Source: a virus. From it: a stretch of 64,000 nt of DNA. The stretch is from the IMG/VR virus record IMGVR_UViG_3300045988_138000; one strand, written 5' to 3'. The notes below the pieces were generated by a model. It made no database searches, had not been told where the DNA came from, and saw only the letters and a program-made list of their open reading frames with translations. The translations under genes and the position numbers were made by a program. Positions 19,002 to 26,702 of this stretch are shown here, piece after piece (position 1 is the stretch's first letter; the number at the start of each line of letters is the position of its first letter).

Positions 19002-19715
19002 ATGAAGTACGAGTACAATTATTCCTTCCTTGAGAGATGGATGTCAGCCAACGAAAAGATAGATGGCAAGCGAATATTACAGGCTATTGGGTCTACCAGT
19101 AATCAAAGTCTAAGACTGTATCTGGACAGAAAATGTCCGATGCCTGTCATCAGCATTCTTCGCTTTTGCAACACGTTCCATGTACCTATCTCAGCTTTCA
19201 TTGTCGACAAAGAAAAATATCTTGGATATGCCGAAGATTCTAAAGGTATAGAGACAGAAAGTGAGGTCATCCCACTCGACAGCGACGCTTTTGAGCCTGT
19301 TGAAGGCTATATCAAGAACGGCGAGAAGCGGACACACGGCAGTCGTTCTCTTCGTAACCCGATAGACGTAGAACAGCAAACATCTATCGTTCCCGGCATC
19401 ATCTTCAAGAAGAATATCAGTTGTGAGCCATCGGGTTGCGCGACAATCACAGACCATAGAGCGGATGCTGAAGTGGTAGAGTCGAAGACTCCTGACGAAA
19501 ACACTCCCATCACTGATGTTACAGAAGCAAACTACAGCAGAAACTTGGTTGACCGTCTTTTGGGAATCATCAATGAGCAACAGAAACTGATGAATGACCA
19601 ACAAAAAGAGATTGCTGCACTCACCAAGCAGCTACTTGAGGTAAGAGCAAACGGCAATGCGATGGTACGAAATACGATGATGGGCATAGCCGCAGACGAC
19701 ATCCATCATGAGTGA
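19002..19715 (+). CDS. putative HTH (XRE-like) regulator with coiled-coil C-terminus; repressor candidate
   Basis: One of only three plus-strand genes and divergent from the early genes. The N-terminus ILQAIGSTSNQSLRLYLDRKCPMPVISILRFCNTFHVPISAFI fits the XRE HTH pattern. Confidence 0.55.
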   Translation: MKYEYNYSFLERWMSANEKIDGKRILQAIGSTSNQSLRLYLDRKCPMPVISILRFCNTFHVPISAFIVDKEKYLGYAEDSKGIETESEVIPLDSDAFEPVEGYIKNGEKRTHGSRSLRNPIDVEQQTSIVPGIIFKKNISCEPSGCATITDHRADAEVVESKTPDENTPITDVTEANYSRNLVDRLLGIINEQQKLMNDQQKEIAALTKQLLEVRANGNAMVRNTMMGIAADDIHHE

Positions 19716-19747
19716 GTGACATTTCACCCACAGGTATGAACAAAGAA

Positions 19748-19779
19748 GCAGCCATCTATCCTCACGGACGGATGGCTGC
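19748..19779. terminator. bidirectional hairpin between convergent genes (member of the conserved-loop hairpin family)
   Basis: gcagccatc / loop TATCCTCACGGACG / gatggctgc, a 9-bp perfect stem. Confidence 0.6.
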
Positions 19780-19858
19780 ATTGTAACTTAAAAAATCCGT
19801 AAACTTAAAAATAAAGAAATAACCGTCCCCTACGCTTAGGGGAAAATAATCTATTAAC

Positions 19859-20425
19859 CTATGAATAATCTTGTTCGTTAATGAAAGCCATACGACGACG
19901 GAAAAACTCTTTCTCGCCCGTAAGAATACAATCGGGCGACGTGCTCTCGTATGGAATATCTGTGTACCAGAATCCGTGATGCAAAAAGAGAGGCGGCGTA
20001 GTGTCGCCAAAGCTGAACGGAACGGGTACCTCGTTTCCTTCCTTGTCCTTTGCCGTAACAGGCTTAAAGGCAAAGATGTCAATTAGCTTTGTCTCGCTTA
20101 CAACGGGGAGCGCCTGCATCTCCTTCTCTAAGTCACTTCCTTTGATGGGAGTAAAGTAGGGCGTGCTCTGATAGCCTTCTGGTCTTGGTACTCTTACGTT
20201 TTCCCAGCCTTCCTTACTGACAGTATTTTTAAACTCGACAAAGAGAATGCCACCAGCATAGCCATCGCACGTTTCGTAGTAAGCATCAGCATGAACACTT
20301 TCTGCCCACGCACGAGCCTTTTCCTGGGCTTCCTTACATTCGTCGATAAACTCCTGCAGCTTCTTGCCTACCTCGCTGTCGGCTGCAAACTTGTAATAAT
20401 AATGGGGTCTTTTTTTGCTACTCAT
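19859..20425 (-). CDS. hypothetical protein
   Basis: 188-aa ORF. Confidence 0.7.
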   Translation of the reverse strand: MSSKKRPHYYYKFAADSEVGKKLQEFIDECKEAQEKARAWAESVHADAYYETCDGYAGGILFVEFKNTVSKEGWENVRVPRPEGYQSTPYFTPIKGSDLEKEMQALPVVSETKLIDIFAFKPVTAKDKEGNEVPVPFSFGDTTPPLFLHHGFWYTDIPYESTSPDCILTGEKEFFRRRMAFINEQDYS

Positions 20426-20444
20426 AACTTCTATATTTTATTAT

Positions 20445-20774
20445 TTAACGAAAAAATTTATCACCTTCTTCTCCAGTTCTGCGCATTCGGCAATAGATAA
20501 CAGGCTCACCGCTTTCGTCGTTTTTCATACTGAAACCACGAAGTGCCAACTCCTGAAGATAAAGGACAAGAGGGTCGCCATAAGGGCATACCACTGCCTT
20601 GAAGTAGGTCCTCAACTTCGAGTCGTTAAACACATCGCAGTCCTCCGTCCAAGCGCTCAGGGGCTTATAGGTCCGACAGAACGCCTCTATCTTGGATTCA
20701 ATCACGAAATCATCAAGCGTAACCACCGCCTGATCGTTATTGTCAATAAAATCGTCTTTCTTCTTTCTGCCCAT
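20445..20774 (-). CDS. hypothetical protein
   Basis: Start moved to MGRKKKDDFIDNN (ATG at 20774), which removes the overlap with 20798..21406. Confidence 0.6.
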   Translation of the reverse strand: MGRKKKDDFIDNNDQAVVTLDDFVIESKIEAFCRTYKPLSAWTEDCDVFNDSKLRTYFKAVVCPYGDPLVLYLQELALRGFSMKNDESGEPVIYCRMRRTGEEGDKFFR

Positions 20775-20797
20775 AACTATATTATATATAAGGAAAA

Positions 20798-21406
20798 CTA
20801 TTTCTTTGTCTGCTTTCGATATTTGGCGACCAATACGCAAACGACAATCATCATAAATGCCAGAACGAAGGCCCTCATCTGGATCTTGAATCTTCCCCAC
20901 CATGAAGTAGTACTGTCCATAGCAGTATTTTTTTCTTTATCCAGATAGTTGCTGTCGTTTTTCTCCCAGTGGGTGCCAACATTCATCTTATTGCTCAACA
21001 CCAGGCTGTCTATTGTAAGCTGCATCCGCGAGATGATTTCTTCCTGATGCTTCAGCCGTGCCTCGTAGGTGGCATTGCGCTCATAGTCGCCCTTACGGTG
21101 TATGGTTCGGTCGGTGGTGGTGGTCTTATTGCCCTGGGCATCCGTGCTCTCGGTCACTCGCTCAGTGATGGTCTCCTCGTTACTTCCCTTGTCGGTCATG
21201 GAGCCAGTAGTGAACTGTTCGGTGGTGGCAGCACTGATCGTACTGTCCATAGAAGTCTCCGACTTCACCACGCTGTCCTTAACGATGGCTACGACACTAT
21301 CGCGCCGTTGCTCACTGCTCCACTTCTCCACCTTACGGGAGGAAGCGCAGCTCGCAAACATGATTACAGCCAGAAGCCATAACATTGCTGATTTGATTTT
21401 TTCCAT
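20798..21406 (-). CDS. lipoprotein with C-terminal TM anchor
   Basis: Lipobox LLAVIMFASC at the N-terminus, a Ser/Thr-rich middle, and a C-terminal helix AFVLAFMMIVVCVLVA followed by KYRKQTKK. Confidence 0.7.
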   Translation of the reverse strand: MEKIKSAMLWLLAVIMFASCASSRKVEKWSSEQRRDSVVAIVKDSVVKSETSMDSTISAATTEQFTTGSMTDKGSNEETITERVTESTDAQGNKTTTTDRTIHRKGDYERNATYEARLKHQEEIISRMQLTIDSLVLSNKMNVGTHWEKNDSNYLDKEKNTAMDSTTSWWGRFKIQMRAFVLAFMMIVVCVLVAKYRKQTKK

Positions 21407-21431
21407 AATTCGTCTTGTTGATTTACGCCTA

Positions 21432-21439
21432 CAAAGTTA
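21432..21439 (-). promoter_or_regulatory. -7 box TAACTTTG (minus strand) upstream of the lipoprotein gene
   Basis: Lies 26 nt upstream of the ATG at 21406. Confidence 0.5.
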
Positions 21440-21469
21440 GAAAAAGCCGCTGACATCAACAGGACATAC

Positions 21470-21507
21470 TAAAACACCGCCTACCCTATGGAATGGGTAA
21501 GCGGTGT
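21470..21507 (-). terminator. rho-independent terminator after the rep gene
   Basis: 13-bp stem (acaccgcctaccc / gggtaagcggtgt, one G-U pair), 8-nt loop, followed by TTTT on the minus strand. Confidence 0.7.
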
Positions 21508-21512
21508 AATAA

Positions 21513-22658
21513 TCATTTATCCGATAAAGAATAATTCCAATTAACTATCTTGCCAAATACTTTGACGGAGCATTTTTTTACGTGCTTAATAACATCGTCG
21601 GTTAGACAACTCTCTACCCTTTCGCATTGCTCCCGACTTGCCTTTAAAAGTATAGTCTTTCCATCGTAGGACATAAACCCAACCTTTCGCAGTTCGTCAC
21701 CAGCCTCTCCATCAAGCATAGATAAGAGCTGCTGCCACTCTCTCTCCCCTGGCTGCTCATCAGCAAAGAGCAACGTCTGTTCCTTGGGCGCTGTCGCCTT
21801 CATCATCTCCTCGAAAGTATCGTAAACATTAAACTCGATAAAAGCAGGATTACCTACCTTGCGCTTACCATTGTAGACAGGTTCATACGACACGCAAACG
21901 TCGAGTTGACCCATCTGCTTCAGTCGGTTTATATCGGCAATGCTATTGTCGAGTACATTCTTCTTGAATTGCGAAAACTTAGGATAGGTCTCTTTCACAA
22001 TTTCCGTACCACTAAATTCAAGCATACCTAAATACTTCTTGATTTTACTGACCGTAAGCCGGATTTTGCGCTCTTTCCAGTTATTGCCGCTTGCATCGCG
22101 CAGAATGTAATATATCATTGGCATACGCGCCACCTCACCAATCAAAGCAATGTTATCAGGATGTGACACATATCCCTCGGTCATATTGAAGGCATAGTCC
22201 AATACATAAAGGTGTTTGTCGGGATCTATCACTTGCGGGTTAAGCCCAAAAACAACTCCCGTGTTCTTAATAGACGTTTCGCCACTCAGAAAAACATTAT
22301 ACATGTGCATACCCCATGTACCATCCTCATTCTTCTTCGGACCTTCCACCTTTACGTCCAACACTTCTTTCATCGCTTGCTTCACGGCAAAGAAATTGTT
22401 TTCTGGTACACCTAACTCAGCATAGGAGATGTATATCTGGGTGACACCCGAATTTTTCACTGCCTCGGAGAACAGGGATTTGGGTACCTTGCGCGACTTA
22501 GCCAAATCTGAACCAAAGAACTCTTTTATGAAGGGCTGCAACTGCTCACTCACCTTCACCAGCACCGCCTGCTGCAACAGCGACAGGTTCTTGCTCAACC
22601 TGGTGAAGGCAAAAGGCGTATTTATCCACTTTTGCGGTAATCGTTTCTCGTTTTCCAT
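21513..22658 (-). CDS. plasmid-type replication initiator (Rep_3/RepB-like)
   Basis: The N-terminus INTPFAFTRLSKNLSLLQQAVLVKVSEQL fits the Rep_3 pattern (N..i.a...LsL.eqR). Iterons lie immediately upstream. Confidence 0.65.
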   Translation of the reverse strand: MENEKRLPQKWINTPFAFTRLSKNLSLLQQAVLVKVSEQLQPFIKEFFGSDLAKSRKVPKSLFSEAVKNSGVTQIYISYAELGVPENNFFAVKQAMKEVLDVKVEGPKKNEDGTWGMHMYNVFLSGETSIKNTGVVFGLNPQVIDPDKHLYVLDYAFNMTEGYVSHPDNIALIGEVARMPMIYYILRDASGNNWKERKIRLTVSKIKKYLGMLEFSGTEIVKETYPKFSQFKKNVLDNSIADINRLKQMGQLDVCVSYEPVYNGKRKVGNPAFIEFNVYDTFEEMMKATAPKEQTLLFADEQPGEREWQQLLSMLDGEAGDELRKVGFMSYDGKTILLKASREQCERVESCLTDDVIKHVKKCSVKVFGKIVNWNYSLSDK

Positions 22659-22677
22659 ATCGTTTCCTTTCCTTTGA

Positions 22678-23042
22678 GGTAAAAAGTTACTAAATCTTTT
22701 TACCTATTTACTATTTCGTTTTACCTATTTACTAACTATTTTTCTTTACCTTGTACTTAAATCACTGAAAATCAGTAATTTCTCATAAACTCCTATAATA
22801 TAGATAAGAAGAAACATATTTTTTCTTTATATATATATTTTAATAGTAAGGTAAAAATATTTAGTATATAGGTAAAAAGATTTAGTAAGATTTTACCTTA
22901 TCGTCACCTTTCGAGTAAAGCAATTTAGTACTTCACATTTAAGGTAAAAAGATTTAGTAAAATTTTACCTTATCGTCACCTTATGGGTAAAGCGATTTTT
23001 CTTTCTTATGTTTGAGGTAAAAAGATTTAGTAAGATTTTACC
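22678..23042. repeat. iteron field plus AT-rich stretch (candidate theta-type origin)
   Basis: ggtaaaaagatttagtaaRattttacc occurs at 22871, 22943 and 23016 (72-73-bp spacing, internal dyad GGTAAAA/TTTTACC), with variants at 22678 and 22850. ttacctatttacta occurs twice (22699, 22720). The AT-rich run 22790-22850 lies within the field. Confidence 0.75.
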
Positions 23043-23399
23043 TTAACCTTGAGAATATCTGTCGATAAACTCTATCACTCCCTGGGCAGCCAGTTCCTGA
23101 AGCGTCTTACCCGTACATTCCTTCAGACGAGCCAAGCGGAAATAATAATCCATGGGGATTGTTACCTTTACACTTTTCTCTGTCTTTAAAGGTTGCATGG
23201 ATAATGACTGTTGCGCTTCGGCTGTTGGCTGTTGGCTGCCAGTGGAAGAGGTGGTGGTAGCACTACCGCTCGCCGTACCCGTTGAAGGCATAAAAAATGC
23301 CGACTGTTGCGAGGTCTGTCCTTGCTCGTATATTCCTTCTATTTTATCCATTGCGTCTGATTTATTCAAACCGAATTTTTTTACATTTGGTCTTGCCAT
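23043..23399 (-). CDS. ribbon-helix-helix ParG/CopG-like partition/regulatory protein
   Basis: The C-terminus VKVTIPMDYYFRLARLKECTGKTLQELAAQGVIEFIDRY has an RHH layout. It lies directly downstream of parA, and the N-terminus looks disordered. Confidence 0.65.
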   Translation of the reverse strand: MARPNVKKFGLNKSDAMDKIEGIYEQGQTSQQSAFFMPSTGTASGSATTTSSTGSQQPTAEAQQSLSMQPLKTEKSVKVTIPMDYYFRLARLKECTGKTLQELAAQGVIEFIDRYSQG

Positions 23400-23456
23400 A
23401 ATATTCTATTGATTAAAAGTCCTCAATTATTTGTATGAAATTATAACATGAGCTGC

Positions 23457-24329
23457 CTACTGAGGCATACTCTCTAAGATTTCTTTCGTAAATCGCTCAT
23501 AGTCCTGCCCTACCCTGCAGTAAGGTGCATAAGAAAAAATGTCGGTACCCATCGCCTGAGCTTCCACCATCTTGGTATCTCTGCGGGTATATGAATCGAA
23601 CACGTAGTCATCGAACTTCTCGCTCAGATATTCCTTGAACTGACGCGTCGCCTTGGTCTGGTCATTACTCATCACCTCCAACAGTCCACGAATATCCAGG
23701 TCCTCATTCAGGTCTTCCCTGGTCTCTATCACGGCATTGGTGATTTCTGCAATACCCTTTGTGGCCAACACTTCCAACTGGACGGGGATAACGACACTCG
23801 ATGCCGCCGCCAGCGCATTATAGGTAAGCAGCGACATGGCTGGAGGGCAGTCTATCAATACGTAGTCGAAGGCATCCAGGATGCTGCTTACGCCCTCGTC
23901 TGCGAGTTCTGTGCCCTGCATCTCCTGTAATGGCTTCAATAGGATTTTACGAAGGGCCTTGCGAGGCACCGCCATCTGGTTAAGAAAGGGCTCGATGCTG
24001 ACCATCTTCTGTGAGGCCGGAGCGAGGTAGATACCTTCCTGCATCTTATATACGGGCAGGGAGGTCTGGTTGATAAGAGCATCGTAGGTGGTAGGCTTAT
24101 TGTCGCTGTTCACCTGGTCCCAACCGAAAAGGAAAGACAGACTGACCTGTGGGTCGAGGTCTACGAGTAAGATACGTGGCTTTCGCTCCTTTCCGTCTGC
24201 ACCCTTTCCGAAGTACCCTTTACCGAAGCGACGCAGCCCTGTTGCTAAACTCTGTACCGTTGTGGTCTTGCCTACTCCACCTTTATGATTCACGAAGGCG
24301 AGTATTTCTTTCAATCTTGTTTCTGCCAT
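23457..24329 (-). CDS. parA: ParA/Soj-family partition ATPase
   Basis: Deviant Walker A FVNHKGGVGKTTT. 290 aa. Confidence 0.85.
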   Translation of the reverse strand: MAETRLKEILAFVNHKGGVGKTTTVQSLATGLRRFGKGYFGKGADGKERKPRILLVDLDPQVSLSFLFGWDQVNSDNKPTTYDALINQTSLPVYKMQEGIYLAPASQKMVSIEPFLNQMAVPRKALRKILLKPLQEMQGTELADEGVSSILDAFDYVLIDCPPAMSLLTYNALAAASSVVIPVQLEVLATKGIAEITNAVIETREDLNEDLDIRGLLEVMSNDQTKATRQFKEYLSEKFDDYVFDSYTRRDTKMVEAQAMGTDIFSYAPYCRVGQDYERFTKEILESMPQ

Positions 24330-24349
24330 AATCTTTTTATTTAATGAAT

Positions 24350-24930
24350 AATCTATTCGATAATGCTATAATGTGTAACCAAATACACCGAAGTACATAA
24401 GTACATTAGTACTAAAGTACGAACCTACGTATCTACGTACCTACATACGTACCTATGATTTTTCATACGTGCAAAGATACAACTAAAAAACATAACTACC
24501 AACTATTTTCCGTTTTATATTTTAAATATTAAGTATTTTTATAGGTTCGCATCTATGAACGAATGAAAATATGAACGTAGATACCTATCAGCATACGAAC
24601 CCACGTACCTACGTGCGAATAAACGTATGAACCTACGTACCTACGTGCATACGAAAGTGCATAAGTACGTAGGTGCAAAGATACGAAAGTACGAATGCGT
24701 GGAAGTTTGGACGTATCGAAGTGGAAAGGAGTGGACGTTGAAAGGTGCAATCGTATAAAGTACTAAAGTACTAAAGTGCAATAATATTAAAGTATAATGG
24801 TGTATTTGCATAAAAGTACAAAAGTACAATAGTTTTAAAGTGTAATTGTGTAAACGTATAAAAGTACTAAAGTACTAAAATACAATAACACAAAAGTACA
24901 ATGGTGCAAAAGTATAAAAGCGCAATGGTC
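24350..24930. repeat. centromere-like field of short repeats upstream of parA
   Basis: 8-bp periodic TAAAGTAC/AAAAGTAC runs (24758-24790, 24810-24830, 24858-24885), CTACGTAC runs (24423-24455) and a duplicated gaaccYacgtacctacgtgc (24597, 24629). No credible ORF. Confidence 0.6.
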
Positions 24931-24943
24931 ATCGCCATTAGGG

Positions 24944-25135
24944 GTAACAGCCATCAGTAGCACGCCCTGTAAGGGCAGAAGCTCTTAGCCCAGGGTAACA
25001 CCCTGGGTATAATGGCAAAAAGCAATGCGCCCTGTAAGGGCAAAAGCTTTATACATTGCCAGGAGATTTTAAGCTTTTGCCCTTACAGGGCGACAGGTTA
25101 CCGCATAAAATAACCCAGGGCGTGCTGGGGGAACT
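24944..25135. repeat. cluster of GC-rich palindromes (REP-like), including a 22-bp perfect inverted repeat
   Basis: GCCCT-gta-AGGGC (24963), CCCAGGGT-aac-ACCCTGGG (~25000) and cgccctgtaagggcaaaagctt (25028-25049) / aagcttttgcccttacagggcg (25071-25092). Confidence 0.7.
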
Positions 25136-25144
25136 CTTTTGAAT

Positions 25145-26131
25145 TTATATGTTAATATCATTACCTTCCTGTTGCCATTCATCTTTGATGGAAAGTGAGA
25201 GGGAGGCGCGGTGATTGTAAAATGAACCTGTAATAGTCGTTATCTTGTTGCGCTCCAGGCGGACGTTAGGTACCGTGATAGTTGCATAGGGCGTGGGGGT
25301 GTTCTTGCGGTTCATCGTGAAGGTGATGTCGGCTGAATAGCCGTCTTTCGGGCAAAGCACGAAGTAGGCAATGGTGGTGCCTACGGTACCGGCAAGAGAG
25401 GAAACATCAGAGCTGCGCTGATTTTTCACATGGTCCATAACGTCCAAGGTCTGCCAGTTGATAGTGCGGTATTCGTTGAATGTGGCATCGATGGTGCTGC
25501 AATCGTCCGGGAACGCATCGGTGCTGTTGATCACCATCTTCGCCACCAATCGTTCCAGGGAGATGACGGCCACCTCGTTCTGACCCACGGCAACCGTTAT
25601 GTCCTTCACTGCGCCGAAGCTGTCTGAGGTTTTGTCGCTCGTCCAGACGACGGGCTCCGTGGTGGATGATACAGGCGTCAGCAGGTTGTCAGTAAGTGCA
25701 AAGGGAGTGCTGGTTGCGTCGAGGAGGGTAGGGGCGGTGCTGCGAGTTGCTATCACCTTGAGGGTATGCTCGCCATAGTCGAGCGTCAGGTCAGGCTCGG
25801 CGAAGTCGGCTGCCGTGTTCGTCTGATGGAGCACTTGGAGCAACTTGCCTGTCGCCTTGTCGTAGTCCAGGATATACAGGTCTGTGAGCTCTTTGCCGTT
25901 GGCAACAAGGGAGGCTCGCGTAGTTGCATCGAACATTGGAGCTACGGCTGCCTTAGCAAAGGATGAGGGCTGTGAGGCACTAACGAAACGCAACTTGACG
26001 TGAGCCTTACCAGCAGGCTGTTCCTGTTGCTGCTCGTCCTGAAGGTGAAAACTCTCGCATGATGTCATCGTGGGCATCAGCAGAGCTGCAGCCATGGCCA
26101 TGGTGCAACAAACAAATAGTTTCTTTTTCAT
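25145..26131 (-). CDS. lipoprotein (possibly fimbrillin/Mfa-like; uncertain)
   Basis: Signal sequence and lipobox MKKKLFVCCTMAMAAALLMPTMTSC, followed by a beta-rich body. The fold assignment is only a guess. Confidence 0.7.
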   Translation of the reverse strand: MKKKLFVCCTMAMAAALLMPTMTSCESFHLQDEQQQEQPAGKAHVKLRFVSASQPSSFAKAAVAPMFDATTRASLVANGKELTDLYILDYDKATGKLLQVLHQTNTAADFAEPDLTLDYGEHTLKVIATRSTAPTLLDATSTPFALTDNLLTPVSSTTEPVVWTSDKTSDSFGAVKDITVAVGQNEVAVISLERLVAKMVINSTDAFPDDCSTIDATFNEYRTINWQTLDVMDHVKNQRSSDVSSLAGTVGTTIAYFVLCPKDGYSADITFTMNRKNTPTPYATITVPNVRLERNKITTITGSFYNHRASLSLSIKDEWQQEGNDINI

Positions 26132-26180
26132 TTTCTTTTAGTTTTTAGTTAATAAAAGAATTTAGTAGACGAAACGGATT

Positions 26181-26408
26181 TTACCCTACAAGCGACCTTA
26201 CCAGATTTTCGCCTTTCTCCGTCAACTTATACACATCCTCGCCGAACATTCTCTGATACCACGTCTCAAGATACCCTGCTTCTACGAGTTCCTCCAGTTC
26301 CGGACTTTTTGGCTTTTCGTCTACACGTCGATAAGCCGCAAATCCTTTCTTCTGAATGTGCTTCAATGTTTCAATCTGACTCTTTGAAAATTTCTCTGTT
26401 TCTGCCAT
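26181..26408 (-). CDS. hypothetical small protein
   Basis: 75-aa ORF. Confidence 0.6.
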   Translation of the reverse strand: MAETEKFSKSQIETLKHIQKKGFAAYRRVDEKPKSPELEELVEAGYLETWYQRMFGEDVYKLTEKGENLVRSLVG

Positions 26409-26434
26409 AATTCTCTAAATATTAAAAATATTGA

Positions 26435-26683
26435 TTATTTTCCGTTCACAATCTCGTTATACTCCTCTTCGGATATTACTCCCTTTTCCTTCTGCTCATA
26501 GAAAAAACGTCTCGCAAACAATCCCATCGTGTGCCTCAGACTCTCACATGCCAGTCGAAGGTTCTCGCCTTCGAGTGCATCCTGGGTAAAGTTCTCCCCG
26601 TCCTTCTGGCAACAAACGTCTGCCGTCACAGTCTTACCGTCGGTTTCCACAGAAATAACAATATCAAATAGTTTCTTTTTCAT
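26435..26683 (-). CDS. hypothetical small protein
   Basis: 82-aa ORF. Confidence 0.6.
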   Translation of the reverse strand: MKKKLFDIVISVETDGKTVTADVCCQKDGENFTQDALEGENLRLACESLRHTMGLFARRFFYEQKEKGVISEEEYNEIVNGK

Positions 26684-26702
26684 TTTCTTTTTGTATTAAT
26701 GT

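Noticed and set aside
24553-24829. ORFs 24553..24750 and 24641..24829 upstream of parA
   Set aside because: They lie wholly within the short-repeat (GTAC/ACGTAC) field. The translations are repetitive (YV, TY, RT strings).
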